Assembly (NCBI RefSeq): GCF_009914755.1
Contig: NC_060927.1
Source: the human T2T-CHM13v2.0 reference genome, Homo sapiens
DNA length: 64,000 bases
Direction: 5' to 3' (one strand)
Numbering within the stretch: the first letter of the stretch is position 1; each line of letters starts with the position of its first letter. Both the position numbers and the translations under genes were made by a program. The notes beneath the pieces were generated by a model, which saw nothing but the letters and a program-made list of their open reading frames with translations, did not search any database and was not told the DNA's origin. Shown here piece by piece: positions 1-20,233 of this stretch.

Positions 1-4
1 GACA

Positions 5-600
5 GTCAACTAATTCAACCATTGTGGAAGTCAGTGTGGCGATTCCTCAGGGATCTAGAACTAGAAATACCATTTGACCCAGCCATCCCATTACTGGGTA
101 TATACCCAAAGGATTATAAAACATGCTGCTATAAAGACACATGCACACGTATGTTTATTGCGGCACTATTCACAATAGCCAAAGACTTGGAACCAATCCA
201 AATGTCCAACAATGATAGACTGGATTAAGAAAATGTGGCACGTATACACCATGGAATACTATGCAGCCATATAAAATGATGAGTTCATGTCCTTTGTAGG
301 GACATGGATGAAGCTGGAAACCATCATTCTCAGCAAACTATCACAAGGACAAAAAACCAAACACCACATGTTCTCACTCATAGATGGGAATTGAACAATG
401 AGAACACATGGACACAGGAAGGGGAACATCACACACTGGGGCCCGTTGTGGGGTGGGGGGAGTGGGGAGGGATAGCATTAGGAGATATACCTGATGTAAA
501 TGATGTTAATGGGTGCAGCACACCAACATGGCACATGTATACATATGCAACAAACCTGCACGTTGTGCACATGTACCCTAGAACTTAAAGTATAATAATA
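5..600 (+). mobile_element. L1PA (L1PA3-5-like) 3' end
   Basis: End of ORF2 (WKSVWRFLRDLELEIPFDPAIPLLGIYPK) and 3'UTR with G-rich tract, ending cctagaacttaaagtataataa. Confidence 0.95.
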
Positions 601-660
601 TATATATGTTTTAAAAAGACACAAAAACGACAAGAAAAACACTTTCAGTCCAAAAAAAAA

Positions 661-5880
<5,220 letters not shown>

Positions 5881-6085
5881 TCAAATGCTGTACCCTCAAA
5901 ACAAATAATATGTTCCTTCTCCTTGATTTCTTTTCTACACTTAGCCTCCATGACCCCATCCTCTCAGCTTTCCTTCCACTTCCTTGGTGCCCCTTTCTCT
6001 GTCCTCTGCCAGTTCCTCTCATTCTTCCAGACTTATCATGTATGTTTCTCAAAGCTTAGTCCTGGGCAATTCTATCCCGTCTCTA

Positions 6086-6749
<664 letters not shown>

Positions 6750-8452
6750 CTAAATATCAACTACTGGCTGACAGCTTCTAAATGTGTATCTCCGTCCCAG
6801 ACCTCTCTTCTGAACCCCACATTCATGGATCCAATTGTCTACTTAACATATCTCAGATTCAACGTTTTTGAAATGGAATTGCTAAATTTTATCCCCAACC
6901 TGCTCCATCCACAGTCTTCCCCATCTCAGTGGATGACAGCTCTAGAAAGTCACTCAAGCCAAAACCTTGGTATGATTCAGGACTCCTCTCTTTTATTCCC
7001 CATACCTAATCTGTCAGGAAACCCTATTGGCTCTACCTCCAAAATATATTCCAAAGCCAACCACTTTTCCCCACCTCTACTCCTCCCACCCTGGTCCAAG
7101 CCACCTTCATCTCCCACCAGGACAATGGCAATAACATCCTAGCCATCTCCCTGCTCCCACATTTGTTCCCCTACAGTCAATTCTTCACAAATCCATCTGT
7201 GTGAGCACTTCAAAAATTAAGTGAGATCACACTCCTATGCCAAAAACTCATTTTACTAAGAGTCAAAGTCCTTAAAGTCCCTCAAAACCATACAAGGTCC
7301 TGCAGGAACTGTACAGACATGCAGACACACACAAACAGATACACATCCCTCCTCTTCCCTCACATTCCATATTATCTTTTCAATGAAGACTACTGTGATC
7401 ATTGTATGTTAAATTGCAATCTGTACACCCACACTGCACTCCCCATCCCACTTCCCTTCCTCTATTATTTTGGAAAGCATTTGCCATCTTCCATAGCACA
7501 TGTAACATTACTTTATAGTTTGCTTATTTATTATGAGTATTGCTTATCATTTCCTCTCACTGTAATGAAAGCTTCACAAGGGCAGGGATCTTTGTTTTGT
7601 TTATTGATGGATCCTAAGAATCTGGATCAGTGCCTGGCACACAGTAGGCACTCAATAAATGATTGTTGAATGATTTTTTTTATACTAAGATGGAACATAG
7701 GAAATTTTGGTCATGTATTTGGTCATGAAGGGAACATTAACAAACTGTAAAAAGCACAAAGTATTAGAACACATTTAATGACCAGAGTTCAATGTAATTA
7801 GAAGTTAACAACCAAGTAACACTTTTCAAAAAGCTTTCCACTTCTATAGTTTGAAACAGTTTTCTGTGTCTTTTTTTTCTTCCTCCCTTCTCTCTCCTTA
7901 CCTCATCCGGCCCTGGCGCCTCCCACGAAGCATCTACCTGGATTCCCAGGTGATGCTCCACAGTTCACTCCTCCAGGATGCTCTCATTTCTGAGCTGTAA
8001 GGCTGCAGTGGAAGAGGAGCACCTGGAGGATGTAGTGTGGGGCTGCCACTAGCCAATAAGCAACCACTTACACACGAAGTCCGGACCACAGCCTGTCCAT
8101 GAGATGATAGTCCAAAGAAGGAGAAGACTGGGGAGGAAACGGGGTACAGTATCTTGTGTAGGGACAATGAGTACTTTGTCACTGATCGAAGATGCAGCCT
8201 GCCCCAAAGCAGGCAGTCATGCCAAGAGTCCAAGCCTAGGGACCTGAGTTTTCCACTGGCTGTGAGCACTGGTCCATCTCTGTGCAAGTTGGTTATGTGG
8301 TCCATGTGTCTGTTTCAAGAGTAACTGTGACCATGGGACTCAGATATGTGATGCTCACCATCTTCGCTTTCATTTTACTTTACTGAATACACTTCTTAAA
8401 TTGAAGTGTAGCGTACATTCAGAAAAATGATCAAATCATAAGTGAATAGCTC

Positions 8453-8826
8453 TCTATGGACTGAATTGTGCTCCCCCCTAAATGTATATGTTGAAGCCCT
8501 AATACCCAATATGACTGTGTTTGGAGACAGGGCCTGTGAGGAGATGACAAAGATTAAACAAAGTCATAAAGGTTGGGTCCTAATCTGATAGAACTGGTGC
8601 CCTTATAAGAAGAGGAAGAGATACTAGAACTCTCCTCTCTTTGCCATGTGAGGTCACAAGAAGGCAGTCATCTGCAAGCCAGAAAGAGAACCCTCCTAGG
8701 AACCAAACTGGTGGACACGTTGATCTTTAACTTCTCGGCCTATAAAACAGTGAGCAAATAAACTTCCATTGTTTGAGCCACCCTGTGTATGATATTTTGT
8801 TCTGGCTACTTGAGAAGACTAATATA
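8453..8826 (+). mobile_element. MaLR solo LTR (MLT1B-like) inside an old L1M 3' fragment
   Basis: MLT1 5' motif tatggactgaattgtg, AATAAA near the 3' end, 5-bp TSD AGCTC (8448-8452, 8827-8831). Confidence 0.85.
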
Positions 8827-9328
8827 AGCTCAATGAATTCTCACATAGAGGGCACACCAAGTAATTACCATCTGGGTCAAGATATAGAATATTACCAGCA
8901 TCCCAGAGTCCTCATTATTTCTCACCCCCAACCCCCCTCCTCCCAAAGTTAGCCAACTTTGGACACCAAAAGCAAGTTTTGACTATTTTTGAATTTTTAA
9001 TAAATAAAATTGTACAGAGGAAAAATAAAAATCTTTCTAAATAATTCAATAATTCCTAGTCTAAGAACCAAAAAAAGGAAACTATAAATTATTGTCTTAG
9101 AAATAAAATCATGATATATAAAAAAATCTGTGATACAATCTACAATCTAGTGACACTAAGAAGAAAATTTTTAGCCTTACTTTAATTTATTGGAATAAAA
9201 AATTGGACAGAAATAATCTACGAAAAGAACAATTAAGTAGAACTGAAGAAATTAGTAAAAATAATTAATAAAGGCCAAAAACTGTAATAGAGAAATTAGC
9301 ATAGATCAGTAAAATCAAATCTGTGTCC

Positions 9329-10180
<852 letters not shown>

Positions 10181-10189
10181 AACTCCCCA

Positions 10190-10995
10190 AAATTAAAAAA
10201 TAAAATAGAAATTAAATTTTAAAAGCATTTTAGAAGGTTTCACCAAGAGAAAACACACACACACACACACACGTGTGTGCACGTGCACACACAACTACAA
10301 CAACATTAGGAAAAGGAAAGGAGAAACAATTGCAAATATGGAAGAGGTTTTTTTAAGGATAAATCAATTATATGAAATTTTATATCAATAAATTTGAAAA
10401 TCAGGGAATGGATAATTGTTTAGGGCAAGATAAATGATCAAAATTGGTTTAAGAAAACAAGCAGAAAAGAAAAGGCAGTCAGGGATTTAACCCCAGGTGC
10501 CCCTAAATGAGGCACCTGGGGTTAAATGATTAAATAAGACCAAAGAATTTTCATGTTACATAAGTTGTTCTACAGCATAGAAAAAGATTAACATTTCCCC
10601 AACTCCTTTATGAACCTGTCATAAACCTGATACCAAAATTAGCCAATTAGAAGAAAGTGATTAGTCAATTCCGCTGAGGAATATAGATGAAAAAAATATC
10701 CTAATAAAACTCCAGCAAATTGAGTTCAGCAGTGGATTAAAAGAAAAACATATAATGGATTTATTCCAAAAAGGGAAAGATGATTCAACAATAAGATATC
10801 TATTACTGTAATTCAGTGCATTAAGAGATTGAAGGGTGGAAATCATACAGTATCTCGCTAAATGCTGAAAAACCATTTGATAAAATTCAACACCCATTCC
10901 TGTATTAATTTTTTAAAGTATCTCCTAGCAAAACAGCAATTAAAAGAAACTGCATTATCTTGATGATGGGTATCTTACCAAAATCTGCAGCCAAC
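10190..10995 (+). mobile_element. Old L1M ORF2 fragments
   Basis: Degenerate RT-region sequence (ccccaactcctttatgaa...aacctgataccaaaa; gctgaaaaaccatttgataaaattcaacacccattc). Confidence 0.7.
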
Positions 10996-11498
10996 AAGCA
11001 GGGAAGGAGGAATTAGTCATAGCACGGACCTCAAAGAAACAGGGCTTTTTTTAAAAGATAGTTTACTAACAGATAATACGTTGCATGCTTCAAAATCCAA
11101 AAGACATAAAAGGGTGTCAAAGAAAAGTCTTTTTTAGCCCATCGTCCAGTGATTCAGCTGCCCTCTCAAGAGACAAGCAATATTACTAGTTTCTCAGTTA
11201 TCCTTCTGGAGCTAGTTTATGCATTTGCAAGCAAATTTGTAAATCTGTATATTTTTTCACACAATGGTAGTAAACACTGGTTCTTCTCATTGGCAAAATA
11301 TTATTCTATATCAGTACATAATGAGATCCCTCATTCTTTTTTTCTGGCCAAAAAACATCACTTTGGATAAATGTAAATTTGTTCATCTACTACTCTGCTG
11401 TGAGATAGGTCGTTTCAAAACTTTTGCTATGATAATGCTGCAGTTAATATGCTTTATATATTTATCGTTTTGAGCACATGTGAATGTATATGCATTAT

Positions 11499-12185
11499 TG
11501 TGTAGTAAAGAATTCAATCTTGCCCAGAAAGAAGTTCTGACCTCTGCCTTTGGCTTCTAAAAGGTAATTTATGTCATACCAGGTAGGAGGATCTTTGTTT
11601 AAGGTGGAGACTAGCCACACCAGATCTTAAAGTAGCATTATTCATACCCAACAGCCTTAGTGTCAAGGTTGGCCATGTCAGAAAGACTATGTGACTTAGG
11701 GTGGAGACTTTGGGTCATGCATATGATTCAATCTGGGGACTGAGTTCAATCACGTGGGCAATCAATTAACAAGTCACACCTATATCATGGAGCCTGAGTA
11801 AAAACTCTGAACACTGAGGCTTGGGTAAGCTTCCCTGGTTAGCAACACACATGTGTATTGTCACACATTGACACTGGGACAGTGACACATGCTGACTCCA
11901 TGAGGAGAGGACAATAAAAGCTTGAATTTGGAGCCCTCCTGGTTTCTGTCCTATGCTTCTCTTCTTTGTCTTATCTTAAATTCCATCTTTTCCAAGAAAA
12001 AACTCTATCCTTCCCCTGTAATAAGCCATCACCATTTAGTATAACAACTTTCAGTGACTTTTGTGAGCCCTTTAGTGAATTATCAAACCTGAGGGTAGGA
12101 ACCCTCCAAATTTGTATCAGAAATGAGGACCATCTTGTGTGGAGAACATGCCCTCTAATCTTGTAGTTGGCCCTAAGCTCCTCAC
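11499..12185 (+). mobile_element. ERVL LTR of the MER21 group (MER77-like)
   Basis: Start tgtgtagtaaagaattcaatcttgccc; internal ggcttgggtaagcttccctggttagcaa and tttagtgaattatcaaacctgaggg. Confidence 0.7.
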
Positions 12186-12899
12186 AAGGATAAATCCAGG
12201 GGAGTAGAATTTTTTGGTAGAGGTATATGCATTTGAAAGTTTTGTAAATATGAACAAAATGTCCTTCATTGAAATTATGCCAGATTGTATTCCCACTAGC
12301 AATAGAGCAGAGGTTTTAACAAAAGGGTGGGGTGAAACCATAATAATCACTTCCCCACCCTGGATTGTGAGAAGGTAAAGTCACTTCTTGGGAGGGCTGT
12401 AGACATTAGGGGAAAGCAGAGTTTAAAGGCAAGGAGGCAGGGAGAATATTCCCAGATGTGATTGAGGCAGGAAACATACACAGGGTTTGGGGAAGTTGAG
12501 AAGAATGGAAGCTGCATTGAGGACAAAGAAGAACAGAATGTGCAGCTCAATGGGGAAGTAGAGTGGCCATCTTCAACATGGAGCACTCATGCTCCTGGGT
12601 GATACCAAGGGCTTTGTGAGGGCTTTGTGAGACAGGATTTCCAGATCCTCAATGTCCTTATGTACCCTTTCCTAAATAAACCTGTCTGAGAAGATGCTTG
12701 TGATCTTCTATTTCTCCTTCTGCCCCTGTACCAAGAAAAGATTCATGTTTCATACACCCGAAAGTTTCCAGAGGGAATTGTCTTGGGACATCAACAACTC
12801 CGGGACATCCAAAAAATTGACAAGTAGAAAATGCATCATTCCTGAGGGAGACTGTGGCTCTACCTTTTCTGTACAGTGATGTCGTTGTCAAGGAGCAGA

Positions 12900-13140
12900 T
12901 GTAGCATACTCATTTTATTTTTAAAATGCAGCCAGACTTCTTCTGAGAATAAGTAAGCCTGATTTGGTGGATAGTTTGGACCAAGAGGACTGGCATTGCC
13001 AATTAGGTTGTATGGCAGGTATTTTCATAAATTAGATAAGCGAAACCTGCAGCCATAATGTTTTGACAAAACATATTTAAGGCTCATATATAGTATGTGT
13101 ACACTGAAATTATATCTTTTGCAAGTATTTAATCTCAAGA
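12900..13140 (+). mobile_element. hAT-Charlie/Buster transposase remnant
   Basis: From ~12988 reads DWHCQLGCMAGIF and, after a frameshift, KLDKRNLQP, resembling the hAT W..LAYLADIF..LN.LNL.LQG motif. Confidence 0.5.
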
Positions 13141-13417
13141 TGAAAAAGTAAACAACTTAAAAATGTGTGAAAGATGCATAGTTTTGCAATAATATGTAGG
13201 TACAAGAGGTTCAAAAGAACTGCAGTAGAAGTCTCGGGAGGTTGGAACCAACTAAAGGAAATAGAGATTGTAATGATCTCTTGTAGGGTGGGGGTGGATG
13301 CTGAACTGGAGGGCTTACTTCGTCTGAATGAGAGAACCAGGAACCTTGGACTCTGCAGATGTTGGGGATGGAAGAGGGAGGGTTAATGGCAGACATAAAG
13401 ATCATCATGTTATTCCA

Positions 13418-13758
<341 letters not shown>

Positions 13759-16700
13759 TCAAGCATGTCAGCATGTCTTTTTTTTTCTGTCTTTGCTTTT
13801 CTTTCTCTTTTTGTCTCTGCCCACCACCTTTTTCCTTCTCTGTTTACTTCTGCCTGAGCTCCCATTCTCTCCCCTTCAGATTTCTTCCTCTATCATTTCC
13901 TCACCCCTACCTTGATCCTTGCAACTGAATTAGCATGAGTACTGAGCTAATGAATATATTCTATTAATTGCATGTTTTAGTATCTCAGGTTCCTAATTCT
14001 TCTAAAAATTGTGTGAGATGTATTTTATTTTCTGTTTCAAAAAGTGTAATTTAGTTACCACTGACTTTCTAAAGATGCCTGATTGCTTTATTCCCTCTGG
14101 ACCAGAAGCTCTTGTCAGGATAGAAAAAGGCTGCCAGTCTTTGTCCTGAGCATATCAAACTATATACTTTTCACCTGAGGACTCTGCTTTTTGTTCTCTC
14201 AGAAACCTGTGAGCACAGCAGTTCCTGTGGAGTCGCTCCTCAGTGCATGGCAAGCTGCAGTTCTCCTGTCCCTTCATTCCACACATGTTCCCTTCTTTAT
14301 CCCACCTGTCTATAGATGTCACTGGGGACTTGACTTTATTTCTGGTTATTGCACATCCTGATTTCTCCCCTCACAATTTCCATTATCCATCCATCACGTC
14401 CTGAGGGTTTTACTGCTGTGGTCACCTCCCAGCATGTCCACTCACATAGGCCGTGCCGTTGACGAGGAGCGTCGGCGGGGGGAGGTTCCTATGGGGGCAA
14501 TTTCCTTCTCTTTGGCAGACAAGAGAAGGAAATTGCCGAAAAGAAGGAAAATGACCCCAGAGAAACCCCTGCCCCACCCCCGACCCTCTTGGTTTCCTTC
14601 TCTCTTCCAGTTGTTCAGTTGGAAAAAGTCAAGGAGCCCATTGGATCACATTTCCAGAGCCTTACTGTGAAGAGTCTTTGTTGTTGTTGTTGTTTTAACT
14701 ATAAAAAGAGTTGTTGAACATCATTGTCTACAGTTCTTTTACACCTTTAATAATCTATTGCATGGACCACAAGCAGGTTGAAAGGTGATTTTTATCTCAG
14801 TTCTATAAATACTGGTGAAAGTCTGTGGGCCAGTTGCTTAATTTCACTGGGCCCCGGTAGGAAAGATCACTTCTAGGAAAGCTTCCAGCTCCAGAATGTA
14901 TGATTCCATCAAGTTCTCCAGTTAGTTGGTATCACAAAAAATAAAGGGCATCTTCCCTGTCTGCCTTACTCCTCCTCTTTATACTTCCTGAGCATAGCCC
15001 AGCACTGACACATGGTAGTCACCTATGGCAGACTTTTACAGACTATATGGAACCTGCTTTGTCACGAACATGGCAAATGACATGACCATCATGGAGTTAT
15101 AAGGACTGGGCTTCTCACACCTCCCTCTGCAATGAAACTGGGCATTAGAGATGCTGTTATTCTTCTCCTCACTCCTTACCTTGGTCTCCTCTATCCACTA
15201 AGTATCATGCTTGAGAATGAATCCTGAGAGTCTTGAGGAAAAGTGTTTACCAAGTACTGGATAAAACACATGGTGATTAATAACAAGTTAAGCTGCCCAA
15301 AATTTCATCTTGTCTTTATCAATACCTGTAATTGACTTTTAGCTAAACCAGCAGCCAACGTCATCATTAGCTCCAGAAGAAGGGTCTTTTATCAAGTTTA
15401 AGGGCACATGATTTGGCTTGTAGTTAGCATACTTCCATTCTAAAAATGGCAGCAAATACGAGAAAAATTAAAATCTAGGACCCACACTTCTAAGAAAGAA
15501 AGAGGAGTTATAAGGATTGCAAATTTCTTGATTTTTAATTTAATGATATAATTATTTTTTCCAGAAAAACTTTTATTCAACAGTGGTATGGATTAATGGT
15601 TCCAAGGAATTATGACATTCTATTAACTTTCCACAAGAATTACTTCATTGCATTTAGATTAAATTTATTTTATTAGACTGTGAGAACTATGTCTCAGCAG
15701 ATTTCCTTTTTGCTTCAACCCTTTTGAAATTCTTTATTTTAGTAAAAACAATATAAACAAATCATCTTTGTTTCTTATTATTCACTTGTGCCAAAGATGA
15801 CTTTTTATTATTATCATGTTTTATCTTTGGAACAACACACAAGAAAAAAAAACTGTTGGTTGCTTTTGCAGAGGGAAACTAGGTGGCAGGAAACAGGGAA
15901 TAAGGCCAAATTTTTATTGTACCACTTAAATTTTGAAACATGTGAAAAGACTTTCATTGGAAAAAATTAATAATGAAATAATACAGGCACATAATTTAAA
16001 AATCAATAGTATTAAAAGACATTTCTCTGCCCCACCTATCATTATTCCCTCTACTTCTTTAGAGGCATCTACTTTCAACTCTTTCATCTGCTTCTCATAC
16101 TTAGCCTCACATTTCTAAATAGGATGCTCTTATTGCTTCTTCTAAATTTATCAACTTTAGAGAGTGTCTGTTAATTTCCAATTATGACATTGGAAAGTTT
16201 AATCCTTTTATACATCATGACAACTTGCTTCCCCTTTGTCATCTTTGCAATCTGGTTGTATCATAGTTTTTTAGTTTAACAAACAGCCAACGTAAGTATC
16301 ATATACTGGTGAATCAAGTCGGTCTACAATTTTCTTCCTTCCTCTTATGGTTTTCTACTTTCCCTCTGTTTATATTTGCTTAATTTTCTGTGATATTTTT
16401 TCAAGTGATTCGATAGATCTGTTACATGTCCAATTTTTTCAAATGCTCAAATGCATACATCACATTTCCCCCAGAATTTTTTTAAGAATTCTGGCTATCC
16501 TGAGATTACCAACTCTGGTTATCAACTACAGCACTCAAGGTTACTCACTCCTTTCTTAAGAGCCTCCTTTGTTCACACTAACTTTTCACTGAAACTCTGT
16601 TACCAATATCGTTCTACTTGGAAAAAGGTAAATTAAATTCTGTTTCCCCAAGGGACATTTCCTCCTCTCCAGGAGCTGCCAAAACACCGTGACTATTCTT

Positions 16701-16780
16701 CCTTTGAACTCCCTCTCTTTCTTTAAAAAGTCAGTGAGGGCTCAAGGTATAAATAAGCTTCATTCACTACCAGAACACAT

Positions 16781-16836
16781 ATTATTTATTTTATTTTATT
16801 TTAATTATACTTTAAGTTCTAGGGTACATGTGCACA
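16781..16836 (-). mobile_element. Extremely 5'-truncated L1PA (~32 bp plus tail)
   Basis: ttatactttaagttctagggtacatgtgcaca is the reverse complement of the L1PA terminus; flanking repeat cagaacacat at 16771-16780 and 16835-16844. Confidence 0.9.
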
Positions 16837-18232
16837 GAACACATTTTAATGTAGCAAGCTTGCATATCAGTAGACACGTGTTTGTTTATATGCCAGCATC
16901 ACAGTGGATGCCAAGTATCAGACATGTTCCCTAATGTCAAAGACTTTACAATCTGGCTCACGTAACACAGGAGTGAAACAGAACTAACAATCAACAGTTC
17001 CTTTCTATCTCTGATTAATAGTTCTTCCATACCTTAAATGTATTAATCTTTGTAAAATTATCTATTTTTTGTTCTTTTCTTCTGTCTTTTTACTCTCTTA
17101 TCCTGTATGCTAGCTATGACACTAATGTCTCACTGCCTAATCATTGTATTTTTATAATTTTTGGAAACTGTCACATTTTGCCTCCAAAGCTGACCTTTCA
17201 CAAGTTACTTAATCTTTTTGCATCTCATTTCTTCATATGTAAAATGGGGATAATAATGTTACCTTTTAAATTTGTTTTGAGCATTAAATGAGATCAATGT
17301 GATGAATTTAGCCCAGTTCCTGACACTTGATAAAATAGTCAATAGATAGTAACTATTGTTTGCATATTGGAATTATTTGTTATTATCATCATTTTACTTG
17401 GACATAGGAGGGAATCTTAAAGCAACATTTCACTATCTTCTAATAGCCAGTGTTATTATTAAGAAGTCTGATGCTAATTTCATTTCCATTACTTGTAAGT
17501 TACCTTTTCTCTTTCTCTTTCTCTTCCTCACTGCCCTCTCCCTGTCTCTAATTTTCTCTCTCTCTCTTCTCTCCATCATCACTGTTTTAAAAATTCACAA
17601 TGGCATGTTTTTATTTAGCACTTTTAATCTGGACATTTCTTTTCTCCACTTCTGGAAATTTTCATTCTACTTCTTTGATAATTTCTTCCCTCCATTTTCT
17701 CTGCTCTATTTCTGGAATTTCTTAAAACTGCCAGTTTTCTTTTATTTCCATTATTCATGGTCTGATTTATTTTTGGTATTGAGTTCATGCTAATATCTGC
17801 AGCTGTCAGTGTAATTACCATTGTCATCTTAGTGTGATGGTTCTAGAGCTTGAAATTTCTATATTTAAAAACAACATTATACTTCACAATTAAAACTAAA
17901 AACTTAAGTTAGAAGTGTAGGCTAGCGGCCTACATATCACATCTTTTGACTTTGCTCTGGAGTAATTTTTAAATTACACTATTCAAAGGAATACATTTTG
18001 CTCTGTTCTCTTCTCCGTAAAGAGTAATAGCAGAGGAATTTAAAAATGAAAGAACACAAGAAAGGCCTTGAGGATGAAATGTGTTTCATCCATCTCTGAA
18101 TTTTATCTTCTTTTCATCAGCTGGGCTATAGGATGGACCTAAAAAATTGGAGTTCTCTCTTATCAACATGAAACATAGCTAGCAGTCCTGACTGTATCTA
18201 AACCCATCTGAGCTATTTTAAGACCTTTGTAG

Positions 18233-18554
<322 letters not shown>

Positions 18555-18769
18555 TTAAAACTTTTAAAATGCACTCATATCACAAATAATATTGTCCCAG
18601 GCACTGTTCTAAGAACTTGGCATACATTAGTGAACAATACTAAGACCCTTACCCTTGTAAAGCCTTTATTCTATATAATTGATATCCAGCTAAGGAAGAG
18701 TCAGGTTGAATTGAGTTGAGTATAATTAAATGGTTGGCATGTTGTGTTAGGTAGACACTTATGTTAATA

Positions 18770-19165
18770 CGTCAGGTTAGTCTAGACTGTCCTGAGGGAA
18801 CAAACAGTCCCCCAAATCCCAGTAGCTTAACATAACACAAGTTTATTTCTGGCTCACGACATGTTCATTATAGTTTAGAAGGGCTCTGCTCCATAGACGT
18901 AGTCACTGGGAACCCAGACTTCAGAAGGCATCACTGTCTTGTAGCTGCACCAATGAGTACATACGACCTCTTCAGTCTCCACAACTGGGAAGGAGTAAGA
19001 TGGAGAGTCATGCATTGACTTTTAAATGTTTCATGCTAAAAGTGACAAAGGCCACTTCCAGTCACACCCAATGGCCAGAACCAGCCACAGGCCCTGCCTA
19101 ACGGCAAAGAGATGGGAAAATGTGGGAAAGCCCAGGAATATTCATAGGTAGTAAATATCTCCACA
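18770..19165 (-). mobile_element. Old MaLR LTR (MLT1I/K-like)
   Basis: aacaaacagtcccccaaatcccagtagcttaacataacacaagtttatttct motif. Confidence 0.6.
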
Positions 19166-19309
19166 ATAAAGCTTATTTTAATACTTGTTTATTTCATTCT
19201 GAAGTTTTCCTTTGACATTTTAAAGTCAATAAATGTTTTCAAGTCTCAGATGTTTGCAGGAAGAACTCATAGGCCCTAAGCATTGTTCCTACAATTATAA
19301 TAGTTTGCA

Positions 19310-19520
19310 TTATATTTACTGAAAGGTTATTACATGCAGGCATTGTTTTAGGTGCTTTATATGAGTATGTAAATGTGTTGCTCATTTACTCCTCACAACA
19401 ATGCTATGACGTAGGTACTGTTCCTACCCTCATTCCACAGCTGAGGAAATAGAGGCACAGAAAGGGTAAGTCACCTGCCCAAGTCACACAACTAGTGAAT
19501 GACTATGCCTGAACTTGTGC
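19310..19520. mobile_element. MIR
   Basis: MIR core cctcattccacagctgaggaaatagaggcacagaaagggtaagtcacctgcccaagtcacac. Confidence 0.8.
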
Positions 19521-20233
19521 CACCTCATCACACTGCCTTTCAGATGTGAAGGATAAACAGCCTGTGGAACATGCAGCATTTATATTTTCTGCCTGTACCA
19601 ACACTTATGGTCACAATAATGAAAGAGGAAAGAAAAGAAAGAGGAAAAGCAAAACTTCTGTCCAGTTTGAGACCAGTAGTGAGCAGTTCTCATTTTCCTT
19701 TGGGTGTGTTTCTAGGCAGAAGAGTACATAAAGAGACAGGAGAAATAGGAGATAACCTTCTTCCTTGAAAAGCTTGAGATTACAATACCCACTACAGCCT
19801 GCATGCTGGAAAAAATGGGATAAAGCAGCTACCTAACCAGTGCTATCCTAATGGAATTTATTTTGCCTTCAAATGAGCATCTAATGTGATTAAAGAATGG
19901 AAGTTATTAAACAAACAAGGTTTACCAAGGCATTTCTTTCCAATTTTTGTGTGTGAAACAAATGTAAATGTAGCCAACTGGCTCAAGATGTTGCCTTACC
20001 CGAAACCTTGCAATTAGAGATTGTAGAACATTCATGACTCAGCACATCTATTCACAGTGCAGGCTGTTTATTTCTGGTTTTGTATTCAATGTGTCACCAA
20101 AAAGTGCAAGCAAGACTCAGCAGCATGCAAGCCTGCACTAACATGCACATGCTCAGTAAACTTAGACTAAGAATCTACACTAGACCAAGAGCACATACTG
20201 TGCAATCCCATTCATACAGTGTTCAATAACGGG

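Noticed and set aside
10253-10292. Overlapping CACGTG palindromes
   Set aside because: By-product of a CA/TG microsatellite junction inside old L1.
14496-14537. 17-bp hairpins (also 10485-10527) as pre-miRNAs or rho-independent terminators
   Set aside because: Stems are too short for a Drosha substrate and do not extend; the terminator concept does not apply here. The two hairpins share no sequence, so they are not one family.
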